DNA of 36,925 nucleotides from an uncultured Methylobacteriaceae bacterium (GTDB taxonomy: Bacteria; Pseudomonadota; Alphaproteobacteria; Rhizobiales; Beijerinckiaceae): NCBI GenBank assembly GCA_937872715.1, contig CALMTJ010000472.1, forward strand, positions 1 to 36,925. The letters are read 5' to 3'. The stretch's first letter is position 1, and the number at the start of each line of letters is the position of its first letter. The position numbers and the translations under genes are program-made. The notes below the pieces were generated by a model. That model had not been told where the DNA came from. It was given only the letters and a program-made list of their open reading frames with translations, and ran no database searches. Shown one piece after another: positions 17,766 to 26,363 of this stretch.

Positions 17766-17792
17766 TCGTCCCCTGGGCCGAGCTCCCTCGAG

Positions 17793-18686
17793 GTGACCGT
17801 GACGACGACCATCAGGCCGCGCCGCTCCGTGCTCTACATGCCGGGCTCCAACGCCCGGGCCATCGACAAGGCGAGGAGCCTCGAGGCGGATGCGGTGATC
17901 CTCGACCTCGAGGATTCGGTCGCGCCCGATTCCAAGGAGGCGGCGCGCCGGCAGGTGACGGAGGCGGTGCGGGCGGGCGGTTTCGGCCGGCGCGAGGTCG
18001 TCATCCGGGTGAACGGCCCGGAGACGCCCTGGGGAAAGGACGACCTCCACGCCGCGGCCGAGGCCGCGCCCGACGCCATCCTGCTGCCCAAGGTGTCCGT
18101 GCCCGACCACGTCGCGGCAGCCGAGCTCGCCCTGTCGACGACCCGGATTCCGGACCGCGTTCGGCTCTGGGCGATGATCGAGACGCCGCTCGCGATCTTC
18201 AACGCGCTCGCCATCGCGGCCGCCGGCCGGCACGTGACGGGCCGCCTGTCCTGCTTCGTGCTCGGAACCAACGACCTCGCGAAGGAGACGCGCGCCCGCT
18301 TCGTCCCGGGGCGCTGGACGATGCTGCCCTGGCTGACGACGGTCGTGGCGGCCGCGCGCGCGCACGGGATCGACGTGCTGGACGGCGTCTTCAACGACCT
18401 CGGGGACGAAGCGGCGTTCCGGGCGGAATGCGAGCAGGGCCGCGACCTCGGCATGGACGGCAAGACGCTGATCCACCCGAGCCAGATCGGCCCCGCGAAC
18501 GCCGTCTTCGCGCCCGCGCCGGCGGAGGTCGAGGCGGCACGCCGGGTCATCGCGGCCTTCGACCTGCCCGAGAACCGCGACCGGGGCGTCATCTCGCTCG
18601 ACGGCCGCATGGTGGAGCGCCTCCACGCCGACATGGCGGCCCGCACGGTCGCGCTCGCGGACGCGATCGGGGGTTCGGCCGAATAG
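17793..18686 (+). CDS. CitE/HpcH-family CoA-ester lyase (malyl-CoA lyase/thioesterase-like)
   Basis: RPRRSVLYMPGSN, LDLEDSV, IRVN, WAMIETP, GTNDL, GKTLIHPSQI and GRMVERLH. Confidence 0.9.
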   Translation: MTVTTTIRPRRSVLYMPGSNARAIDKARSLEADAVILDLEDSVAPDSKEAARRQVTEAVRAGGFGRREVVIRVNGPETPWGKDDLHAAAEAAPDAILLPKVSVPDHVAAAELALSTTRIPDRVRLWAMIETPLAIFNALAIAAAGRHVTGRLSCFVLGTNDLAKETRARFVPGRWTMLPWLTTVVAAARAHGIDVLDGVFNDLGDEAAFRAECEQGRDLGMDGKTLIHPSQIGPANAVFAPAPAEVEAARRVIAAFDLPENRDRGVISLDGRMVERLHADMAARTVALADAIGGSAE

Positions 18687-18741
18687 GCGGGCCGCGGGTT
18701 TCCAACAACCACCGGACCGGAGCGCGACCCTATCCGGGTCT

Positions 18742-18817
18742 CGTCATTGCGAGCGCGGCGAAGCAAACCAGGGCCGACGCTCACCCGCTGGCTTGCTTCG
18801 CTCCGCCCGCAATGACG
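18742..18817. repeat. CGTC-type palindromic repeat (REP/RPE-like inverted pair) between convergent genes
   Basis: Left arm CGTCATTGCGAGCGCGGCGAAGCAAACCAG. The right arm reverse-complements to CGTCATTGCGGGCGGAGCGAAGCAAGCCAG. Confidence 0.85.
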
Positions 18818-18863
18818 GAGCGCGGCCCGGCGACGCGAGCGCGACGGCTCCCGGGTAAGCGGC

Positions 18864-19820
18864 TCAGCCGAGCGCGCGTCCGATCGCCGCGAACTTGTCC
18901 GCCCGGTGGGCGCGCAGCTCTCCCGACGACAGGCCGGACAGGCTGGAGAGGGCGGCAGCGACCGCGTCTCCCGCTGCCCTCACGGCCGCGACGGGGTCGC
19001 GGTGGGCTCCCCCGGTGGGTTCGGGCACGATCTCGTCGATGATCCCGAACCGGAGCAGGTCCTGCGCGGTGATCTTCATGGCGGTCGCGGCGTCCTGCGC
19101 CCGGGCCGGGTCCCGCCACAGGATGGAGGCCGCGCCCTCCGGCGAGATCACGCTGTAGACGGAGTGCTCGAGCATCAGCACCCGGTTCGCGGTCGCGATG
19201 GCGATCGCGCCGCCGGATCCGCCCTCGCCGATGACCAGCGCCACGTTGGCGGCGCCGAGCGCGAGGCAGGCTTCCGTCGAGCGGGCGATGGCCTCGCCCT
19301 GGCCGCGCTCCTCGGCGTCGATGCCCGGATAGGCACCCGCCGTGTCGACGAAGCTGAGAACCGGCAGCCCGAACCGGTCCGCCATCCCCATCAGCCGGGC
19401 GGCCTTGCGGTAGCCCTCCGGCCGGGCCATCCCGAAATTGTGCCGGAGGCGGGTCGGCGTGGTCGAGCCTTTCTCCTGGCCGATCACGCAGACGGGCTCG
19501 CCCCGGAAGCGGCCGAACCCGGCGACGATCGCCTCGTCCTCGCCGAACTTGCGGTCGCCCGCGAGCGGCGTGAACTCGGTGAGGAGCTCCCCGCAATAAT
19601 CGACGAAGCGAGGCCGCTCCGGGTGACGGGCGACGAGGGTCTTCTGCCAGGGCGTCAGCGCCCCGTAGAGTTCGGCCAGCGCCGCGGCCGCCTTCCCCTC
19701 GAGGCGGGCGACGTCGTCCCGGATCTCGACCGCGCCCCGATCCTCGGCGAGGAGCCGCAGCTCCTCGACCTTGGCCTCGAGCTCGGCGACCGGCTTCTCG
19801 AAATCCAGATAGGCCCGCAT
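18864..19820 (-). CDS. accA: Acetyl-CoA carboxylase carboxyltransferase alpha subunit
   Basis: YLDFEKP, ARHPERP, NFGMARPEGYRKA, DTAGAYPG, GEGGSGGA and YSVISPEG. Confidence 0.97.
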   Translation of the reverse strand: MRAYLDFEKPVAELEAKVEELRLLAEDRGAVEIRDDVARLEGKAAAALAELYGALTPWQKTLVARHPERPRFVDYCGELLTEFTPLAGDRKFGEDEAIVAGFGRFRGEPVCVIGQEKGSTTPTRLRHNFGMARPEGYRKAARLMGMADRFGLPVLSFVDTAGAYPGIDAEERGQGEAIARSTEACLALGAANVALVIGEGGSGGAIAIATANRVLMLEHSVYSVISPEGAASILWRDPARAQDAATAMKITAQDLLRFGIIDEIVPEPTGGAHRDPVAAVRAAGDAVAAALSSLSGLSSGELRAHRADKFAAIGRALG

Positions 19821-19871
19821 CGGATCGATCTATGACCCCGTACGGAGCGCTACAAGCTCGGCCGGGTGCGG

Positions 19872-20678
19872 TCAGCCGGTCACGACGAGCCCGGCGAGCC
19901 CGGCGGACCCGACCAGGATGCGCCACCACGCGAACGGCGCGAAGCCGTGCCGGGCGATGTAGTCGAGGAACACGCGGACGACGACGAGCCCGGTCGCGAG
20001 GGCGGCGACGAAGCCGATCCCGATCGACAGGACGTCGTCGGCCGCCAGCATCCGCCAGCTCTTCGCGAGATCGTAGGCGAAGGCGCCCGCCATGGTGGGC
20101 ATGGCGAGGAAGAAGGAGAACTCCGCCGCCGAGCGCTTGTCCGCCCCGAGCAGCATGGCGCCCACGATCGTGGCGCCGGACCGCGACACGCCCGGCACCA
20201 TGGCGAGGCACTGGATGAAGCCGATCGCCAGATAGGTGCCGAGCGGGAAGGCGCTCGCGTCGCTGTAGCGCGGCTGGAGCCGCAGCGCGTCGACGATCAT
20301 CAGGACGAAGCCGCCGACGATCAGGGACACGCACACGACCGTCGGGTTGAACAGCGTGCCCTTGATGAAGCCGTGCAGCAGGGCGCCGATCACCGCCGCC
20401 GGCAGGAAGGCGATCAGCACGCCGATCACGAAATGCCGCACCGCCGGTTCAGTCGGCAGGTCGCGGGCGACCCGCAGGAGCCGCCCGGCATAGGCGAGCA
20501 GGATCGCCAGGATGGCGCCGAGCTGGACCAGCACCGCGAAGGTCTTGTTGGCCTCGCCGTCGAGCCCGAAGAAATGCTGCAGGAGCAGCAGGTGGCCGGT
20601 GGACGAGACGGGGAGGAACTCGGTCATCCCCTCGACGAGTCCGAGGATGAGTGACTTCAGGATCTGTGTCGTGTCCAT
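19872..20678 (-). CDS. uppP: Undecaprenyl-diphosphate phosphatase (BacA)
   Basis: [32 protein letters not shown] and [11 protein letters not shown]. Confidence 0.96.
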   Translation of the reverse strand: MDTTQILKSLILGLVEGMTEFLPVSSTGHLLLLQHFFGLDGEANKTFAVLVQLGAILAILLAYAGRLLRVARDLPTEPAVRHFVIGVLIAFLPAAVIGALLHGFIKGTLFNPTVVCVSLIVGGFVLMIVDALRLQPRYSDASAFPLGTYLAIGFIQCLAMVPGVSRSGATIVGAMLLGADKRSAAEFSFFLAMPTMAGAFAYDLAKSWRMLAADDVLSIGIGFVAALATGLVVVRVFLDYIARHGFAPFAWWRILVGSAGLAGLVVTG

Positions 20679-20729
20679 GCGGCGGTCCTGAATCGTGGAG
20701 GTCGGGTGTGCCGCTCCGTCCGGACGCGG

Positions 20730-20771
20730 TCAACCGCGGTTCAATCCGCCGGACGTGTACCGGCCGTTAAC
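20730..20771. promoter_or_regulatory. Degenerate CtrA-like boxes in the uppP/fzlA divergent promoter
   Basis: TCAA-CCGCGGT-TCAA (20730-20744) and TGTA-CCGGCCG-TTAAC (20756-20771). Confidence 0.4.
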
Positions 20772-20820
20772 TCCCGGCGGCCCTAGTGGGGCGCAAGTCG
20801 GCCTCCTTTCGAAGCGCGAG

Positions 20821-21510
20821 ATGGCAACGCTCCACCACTACGCCTTCTGCCCCCATTCCCGCTTCGTGCGTCTCAGCTTCGGCGAGATGGGCATGCAGCC
20901 CCGTACCGCCGAGGAGCGGCCGTGGGAGCGGGAGGAGCGCTTCCTCCTCCTGAACCCGTCCGGCGCGACGCCGATCCTGGTCGAGAACGAGGTCGCGGTC
21001 CCGGGCGCCAACCTGATCGCCGAGTACCTGGACGAGACGCGCGGCCTCGGGCTCGCCGCCCGCCGCCTCCTCCCGGCGGACATGGCGGGCCGCATCGAGG
21101 TGCGGCGGCTGACGGAATGGTTCAACGGCAAGTTCTTCGACGAGGTCTCCGGCCACCTCGTCAACGAGAAGATCGTGAAGCGCTTCCTCCCGGCCGCGCG
21201 CGGCGGCGGCTCGCCGGATATGATCGCGATCCGGGCGGCGCGCTCTAACATCCGCTACCATCTGCGCTATATCGGGCATCTGGCCGGGCACAGGAACTGG
21301 CTCGCGGGCGACAGCCTGACCTACGCGGACCTCGCGGCGGCCGCCCACCTTTCCTGCGCGGATTATCTCGGCGACGTGCCATGGGACGAGGATCCGACCG
21401 CGAGGGACTGGTACGCACGGGTGAAGTCGCGCCCGTCCTTCCGGCCGATCCTGATCGACCGGGTGCCCGGGATGGCGCCTCCCGAGACCTACGCCGACCT
21501 CGATTTATAG
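20821..21510 (+). CDS. fzlA: GST-fold FtsZ-binding cell division protein FzlA
   Basis: LHHYAFCPHSRFVRL, EERPWER, IAEYLDETRG, EVRRLTEWFNGKF, HLSCADYLGDVPW and KSRPSFRP. The uppP-fzlA-queG synteny is typical of alphaproteobacteria. Confidence 0.82.
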   Translation: MATLHHYAFCPHSRFVRLSFGEMGMQPRTAEERPWEREERFLLLNPSGATPILVENEVAVPGANLIAEYLDETRGLGLAARRLLPADMAGRIEVRRLTEWFNGKFFDEVSGHLVNEKIVKRFLPAARGGGSPDMIAIRAARSNIRYHLRYIGHLAGHRNWLAGDSLTYADLAAAAHLSCADYLGDVPWDEDPTARDWYARVKSRPSFRPILIDRVPGMAPPETYADLDL

Positions 21511-22865
21511 ACGGCCGCCGGCTGAAGGAGGCCGTCGCGGAACGCGCTCGAAGGCTCGGCTTCGACCTGTTCCGGGTGACGGCGCCGGACGCCATCCCGG
21601 ACGCGGCCGGCCGCCTTCGGGACTGGCTCGAGGCCGGCCATCACCGCACCATGTCCTGGATGGGCGAGGCGGCCGATCGCCGGGGCTCGCCCGCCGCCCT
21701 GTGGCCGGATGTCCGCTCCGTCGCCATGGTAGGGCTGACGACCGCGCCCGACGCGGACCCGCTCGCCAAGCTCGAGCGGCGGTCCCACGGCGCCCTCGCG
21801 GTCTACGCGACGCGGCGGGACTACCACGAGGTGATGAAGGGCCGCCTGAAGGAGCTCGGCGGCTTCATGCAGGCCAGGAGCGGCCGCGCCGTGAAGGTGT
21901 TCGTGGATACCGGGCCGGTGATGGAGAAGCCGCTCGCGGCGGCGGCCGGCCTCGGCTGGGTCGGCAAGCATTCCGTGCTGGTATCGCGCGAACACGGCTC
22001 CTGGCTGCTGCTCGGCGCCATCCTGTCGGCCGCCGCCCTGCCGCCGGACGAGGCGGAACCGGAGCGCTGCGGGAGCTGCACCCGCTGCCTCGACATCTGC
22101 CCGACGGACGCTTTCCCGGCGCCGTACCGGCTCGATGCCCGTCGCTGCATCGCCTACCTGACCATCGAGCATGCGGGCCACGTCCCGGCCGGGCTGCGGC
22201 CGGCGATCGGCAATCGGGTCTTCGGCTGCGACGATTGCCTGGCCGTGTGCCCCTGGAACAAGTTCGCGGCCGCCTCCCGCGACGCCCGCATGGCATTCCG
22301 CGACGACCTCGCGGCGCCGCCGCTCGCCGACCTCGCCCGCCTGGACGACGCAGCCTTCCGGGCGCGCTTCGCCGGAACGCCCGTCAAGCGCACCGGCCGC
22401 GACCGCTTCACCCGCAACGTCCTCCTGGCGATCGGCAATTCGGGCGACGCGACGCTCGCGGACGACGCGGTCCGGCTCCTGGACGACCCCGCCGCTATCG
22501 TGCGGGGCGCCGCCATCTGGGCGGCATCCCGCCTCCTTCCTCCCGACCGGGTGGCGGCGCTCGCGGCGGCACGCCGGCCGGCCGAAACGGACGACGACGT
22601 CCGGGCGGAGTGGGACCTCGCGGTCGGCGAACCGGCGGGGCTCGTTTCTCCCGAGAGGCTGGTCAGCATGTCCAAAACCCAACCTCCTCTTCCTGAGGTG
22701 CCGATCGGAGATCGGCCTCGAAGGACGCATGACGGCTCTGCGTGCTTCGAGGGCTGCCTGCGGCAGCCACCTCAGCATGAGGAAGGAGGGAGCTCCCATT
22801 CGCGGCCAAGCTCTCAGGATGCGGAGCGGGAAAGTTTCGGGTCAGGCTCCGAGGTCCCGGCATGA
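21507..22865 (+). CDS. queG: Epoxyqueuosine reductase with repeat-derived C-terminal extension; start codon uncertain
   Basis: RDYHEVMK, FVDTGPVMEK, AGLGWVGKH, CGSCTRCLDICPT, CIAYLTIE, FGCDDCLAVCPWN, RNVLLAIGNSG and a HEAT-like C-terminus. Confidence 0.92.
   Translation: MDGRRLKEAVAERARRLGFDLFRVTAPDAIPDAAGRLRDWLEAGHHRTMSWMGEAADRRGSPAALWPDVRSVAMVGLTTAPDADPLAKLERRSHGALAVYATRRDYHEVMKGRLKELGGFMQARSGRAVKVFVDTGPVMEKPLAAAAGLGWVGKHSVLVSREHGSWLLLGAILSAAALPPDEAEPERCGSCTRCLDICPTDAFPAPYRLDARRCIAYLTIEHAGHVPAGLRPAIGNRVFGCDDCLAVCPWNKFAAASRDARMAFRDDLAAPPLADLARLDDAAFRARFAGTPVKRTGRDRFTRNVLLAIGNSGDATLADDAVRLLDDPAAIVRGAAIWAASRLLPPDRVAALAAARRPAETDDDVRAEWDLAVGEPAGLVSPERLVSMSKTQPPLPEVPIGDRPRRTHDGSACFEGCLRQPPQHEEGGSSHSRPSSQDAERESFGSGSEVPA
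22686..22782. repeat. Inverted dimer of the 44-bp palindromic repeat within the queG 3' end
   Basis: 22686-22729 CCTCTTCCTGAGGTGCCGATCGGAGATCGGCCTCGAAGGACGCA (+) and 22739-22782 CCTCATGCTGAGGTGGCTGCCGCAGGCAGCCCTCGAAGCACGCA (-), separated by 9 bp. Confidence 0.88.
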
Positions 22866-23725
22866 CTCTCGTCATCTTCGGGGCCGGCTACACGGCGCAG
22901 GCCTTCATCCGCCGGGTGGCCGGGCGGTTCGACCGGGTGGTCGGGACCGTGCGGTCGCCGGACGGGGCGGCCGGCCTCGCGGGCGAAGGCGTGACGGCCC
23001 GGCTGTTCCCGGACCGGGACGGGGAGGCGGCGCTGGCCGGCGACGTCGCGCGGGCATCCGCCATCCTGGTCTCCATCCCGCCCGGTCCCGAGGGCGATCC
23101 CGTCCTCCGGCGCTTCGGGGACGTGATCGCGGGAGCGAGGCCCGGCTGGATCGGGTACCTGTCGACGGTCGGCGTATACGGCGACCATGGGGGCGCGTGG
23201 GTGGACGAGAGCACGCCGCCCCGGCCCGTCTCGGCACGCTCGCGCGAGCGTCTCGCGGCCGAGGAGGGCTGGCTGGAGCTCGGCCGGCGCACGGGGACGC
23301 CCGTCGCGATCTTCCGGCTGGCCGGCATCTACGGCCCCGGACGCGGACCCTTCGCCAAGCTGCGGGCCGGCTCGGCGAAGCGCGTGGTCAAGCCCGGGCA
23401 GGTGTTCAACCGCATCCACGTGGACGACATCGCGTCCGTGCTGGCCGCTTCGCTCGACCGGCCGCGAGGGGGCGCGATCTACAACGTGACGGACGACGAG
23501 CCGGCCCCGCCCGGGGACGTGGTCGCCTTCGCGGCCGGCCTCGCGGGCCTGCCTCCGCCACCGGAGGAGCCGTTCGGCGGCGCCGCGATGACGCCGATGG
23601 CGCGCTCGTTCTACGGCGAGAACAAGCGCGTCCGGAACCGCCTCCTGCGCGAGGAGCTAGGCGTTTCGCTTGCCTATCCGACCTACCGCGAAGGGTTGCG
23701 GGCGGTTGCGGCCGCCGAGGCCTGA
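22862..23725 (+). CDS. Atypical SDR / NAD-dependent epimerase-dehydratase family protein
   Basis: IFGAGYTA, YLSTVGVYGDHGGAWVDE, FRLAGIYGPGR, FNRIHVDDIA, SFYGENKRV and YPTYREGL. ATGA overlap with queG. Confidence 0.88.
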   Translation: MTLVIFGAGYTAQAFIRRVAGRFDRVVGTVRSPDGAAGLAGEGVTARLFPDRDGEAALAGDVARASAILVSIPPGPEGDPVLRRFGDVIAGARPGWIGYLSTVGVYGDHGGAWVDESTPPRPVSARSRERLAAEEGWLELGRRTGTPVAIFRLAGIYGPGRGPFAKLRAGSAKRVVKPGQVFNRIHVDDIASVLAASLDRPRGGAIYNVTDDEPAPPGDVVAFAAGLAGLPPPPEEPFGGAAMTPMARSFYGENKRVRNRLLREELGVSLAYPTYREGLRAVAAAEA

Positions 23726-25641
23726 TCCCCGCTGGGCGAGACCTCGTCCAGGTGCCAAGGCACGTCCATCACGGTGAGGCGCGTACCCCCGTGGGCGAGA
23801 AGCTTCCTGCGGAGATGCCGGCCCCGGCGGGCGTGGAGCAGGTGCTGATACCAGCGCTGCTTCACGAGTTCGGGGATCAGCACGGTGACGCGCCGGTCCG
23901 GCATCTTGCCTTCCAGCTCCGCCACGAGCCGCAGCACGGGCTCGTGGATCGACCGGTAGCCGGCGGGCAGCATCATGAGACGGGGCACCGGCAGGCCCGC
24001 CGCGAGGGCCGGCTCCTCGATGTCGCGCAGCCAGTCCTGCCGGAGCGAACGCTCGTGTTCCGCCGCGTCAGGTCCGGCCAGTTTCGTGAGGTGCAGCGCG
24101 ATGACATCCGGGGTCATGGCGAGCGCGAAGGCGAGGGCCTTGTCCGTGATCCGGTTCCAGCGTTCGACCGCCACCAGGATGACGGGTCGCTTGAGGCCGG
24201 ACAGGTCGAGGGGACCGGGCTGCCGCAGCCGCGCCGCGAGGTCGTCGTAATAGCGCCGGATCGCCTTCAGCAGCGCGATGGTGGCCGGAATGACCAGGAT
24301 CGTGATCCAGGCGCCCTCGGCGAATTTCGCCACCACGATCACGGCCAGCGCGACGGCCGTGGTGACGGCACCCGTGAGGTTGATGGCGAGGTGGAACCCG
24401 TGTCGCCCGCCGCCCTGCGGGTCGCGGCCCTGCCGCAGCCAATGCGCCACCATCCCGGATTGCGACATCAGGAAGGTCAGGAAGGCTCCGATCGCGAAGA
24501 GCGGGATCAGGTGGTCCGTGATCCCGCCGAAGGCGATCAAGAGGAGCCCCGACGCGGCCGCGAGGTAGAGCATCCCGACATCGTAGACGAGGCGCCGCCC
24601 GGCGATCGCGAAGGATTTCGGCAGGAACCCGTCTTCCGCCACGACGTGGCAGAGCCGCGGGAAGCCGACGAGGCTCGTATTGGCGGAGAGGGTCAGGATG
24701 GCGAGGAGCGAGCCGATCGCCACGTAATAGAACGGTCCCTCGCCGACCACGGCCGCCACGAGCTGCGACAGGACGCTCCGGTAGCCGTCCTGCGTCTGGT
24801 CCATGGCGCCGACGCCGTAGGCACGGCACAGCACCGCGATCCCGACCAGGAGCGATCCGAGGATCGCCACGATGGCGCCGAGGGTCCGGTGCCCGTGCTT
24901 CACCGGCGGGTCCTTGAAGTCGCTCATGCCGTTGGAGACGGCCTCCACCCCGGTCATGGCCGTGCACCCGGCCGCGAAGGACCGCAGCAGGAGCCACAAC
25001 GTCACCGTTTCGGACGCGTCCGGAAGCTTGGGCGGCGCGACGACCGGCTCGGGAATGCCGCCTGCCAGCAGGGCCCTGCCGAGGCCGATCGCCACGACGG
25101 CCGCGAAGCTCGCGACGAACAGGTAGGTCGGGACCGAGAAGAGGAGGCCCGCTTCCGGCGTGCCCCGCAGGTTCACGACCGTGACGAGGAACAGGATGAC
25201 GAGGCAGAGGGGCAGGATGTAGGGATGGAGAAACGGGACGGCGGAGACGAGCGCCGCGACCCCGGCCGAGATGCCGACCGCGACGTTCAGCACGTAGTCG
25301 ATCATCAGCGCAGCGGCCGCCAGCAGGCTCGCATTGGTATCGAGGTTCTCCTTGGCGACGATGTAGGCGCCGCCGTTGCTCGGATAGGCCTGGATCGTCT
25401 GCCAGTACGACAGGAACAGGATGACGAGCAGCGCCACGATCGGCGCCATCACCCAGCCGAGCGTCGACAGGCCCGCCCCGCCGAGCGGGATCAGGACGGT
25501 GAGCGCCGCCTCCGGCCCGTAGGCCGAGGAGCCGAGCCCGTCGAGGCCCATCGCCGGCACGGCCTCGAAGACCCCGATCTTTCGGCCGCTGGCCTCGCGG
25601 TTGGCGAGCCGCCGGCCGAGGACGATGTTCAGGACTCCCAT
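23683..25641 (-). CDS. APC-family permease, KimA/YdaO-like (putative K+ transporter)
   Basis: DGLGSSAYGPE, YPSNGGAYIVAKENL, DYVLNVAVGISAG, GCTAMTGVEAVSNG, LIPLFAIGAF, KFAEGAW and a cytoplasmic C-terminal domain (VLIPE). Confidence 0.88.
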   Translation of the reverse strand: MGVLNIVLGRRLANREASGRKIGVFEAVPAMGLDGLGSSAYGPEAALTVLIPLGGAGLSTLGWVMAPIVALLVILFLSYWQTIQAYPSNGGAYIVAKENLDTNASLLAAAALMIDYVLNVAVGISAGVAALVSAVPFLHPYILPLCLVILFLVTVVNLRGTPEAGLLFSVPTYLFVASFAAVVAIGLGRALLAGGIPEPVVAPPKLPDASETVTLWLLLRSFAAGCTAMTGVEAVSNGMSDFKDPPVKHGHRTLGAIVAILGSLLVGIAVLCRAYGVGAMDQTQDGYRSVLSQLVAAVVGEGPFYYVAIGSLLAILTLSANTSLVGFPRLCHVVAEDGFLPKSFAIAGRRLVYDVGMLYLAAASGLLLIAFGGITDHLIPLFAIGAFLTFLMSQSGMVAHWLRQGRDPQGGGRHGFHLAINLTGAVTTAVALAVIVVAKFAEGAWITILVIPATIALLKAIRRYYDDLAARLRQPGPLDLSGLKRPVILVAVERWNRITDKALAFALAMTPDVIALHLTKLAGPDAAEHERSLRQDWLRDIEEPALAAGLPVPRLMMLPAGYRSIHEPVLRLVAELEGKMPDRRVTVLIPELVKQRWYQHLLHARRGRHLRRKLLAHGGTRLTVMDVPWHLDEVSPSGDQASAAATARNPSR

Positions 25642-25776
25642 GTCCCGGACGGCTTCCACGCCGGGCAGGGCGGGTCAAGCAGCCTCCGGTCGCGTCCGGG
25701 ACGCCGCGGCCGCCCGGCGAAGCGGGACCGGAAGCGCTCGGCCGCCCCTCGTCGCGGTTTTGTGCGCGGGCAGACC

Positions 25777-25801
25777 GCAACGACCTCGCCCGTTTCCGGT
25801 T
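25777..25801 (+). promoter_or_regulatory. Putative EcfG/SigT (general stress sigma) promoter for the DUF4142 gene
   Basis: GCAAC-N16-GGTT about 60 nt upstream of the ATG, one mismatch to GGAAC-N16/17-(C/G)GTT. Confidence 0.45.
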
Positions 25802-25859
25802 GACCCGCATCGGATCGACGAACCTCCCCTCGAGGAGTGATGCCGAAGAGGTGACACCC

Positions 25860-26363
25860 ATGGACAGACGAATGACGCTCGCCCTGCTCGCCGGCGCGGC
25901 AGCAGCCACCCCGGCCCTCGCTCAGATGGCGACCGCGCCGATGGGGGAGGCGGAGAAGACCCACGCCATGAAGACCGGGATGGCCGGCACGGCCTCCCTC
26001 AAGGTCGCGGATATCGGGCTCGAGAAGGCCACGAACGCCAAGGTGAAGGAATTCGCCAAGTTCGAGCACGACGAGCAGACGACGGTCGCCGAGATCCTGA
26101 TGTCGATGGATCCCGCCATGAAGCCGATGGCCGACCCGAAGATGGCCGACACCATCGACAAGCTGTCCAAGATGAAGGCGGGGGCCGCCTTCGACAGGGC
26201 CTTCGTGGAGGCGCAGACGGAGGGTCACCAGGTCCTGCTCGCGATCCAGGAGGATTACCTGAAGGTCGGCAAGGACCGCGAGACGGTGAACGCGACGAAG
26301 CTCGTCCGCGGCATGGTCAAGGAGCACTTGGCGCTCCTGGCCGACCTGAAGAAGATGGCCTGA
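25860..26363 (+). CDS. DUF4142 (ferritin-like) exported protein
   Basis: Signal peptide with twin Arg (MDRRMTLALLAGAAAATPALA), VKEFAKFEHDEQ, FDRAFVEAQTEGH and VKEHL. GAGG RBS. Confidence 0.78.
   Translation: MDRRMTLALLAGAAAATPALAQMATAPMGEAEKTHAMKTGMAGTASLKVADIGLEKATNAKVKEFAKFEHDEQTTVAEILMSMDPAMKPMADPKMADTIDKLSKMKAGAAFDRAFVEAQTEGHQVLLAIQEDYLKVGKDRETVNATKLVRGMVKEHLALLADLKKMA

Noticed and set aside
17793-18686. CitE-like lyase as a member of the rfbG-SDR-cyclase pathway
   Set aside because: It is only 27 nt downstream, but it resembles a widespread core alphaproteobacterial CoA-ester lyase and nothing in the sequence ties it to sugar chemistry. It is not excluded.
11923-22782. Repeats as a CRISPR array or autonomous IS ends
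   Set aside because: The copies are dispersed or inverted, with no regular spacers, no cas genes and no transposase in the window.
22171-25803. 1210-aa ORF on the + strand, and similar long ORFs (30196-32718, 32432-34858, 16745-19042, 12234-14225)
   Set aside because: Arg/Gly/Pro-rich shadow frames overlapping well-supported genes. They are expected at this GC content and carry no family motifs.
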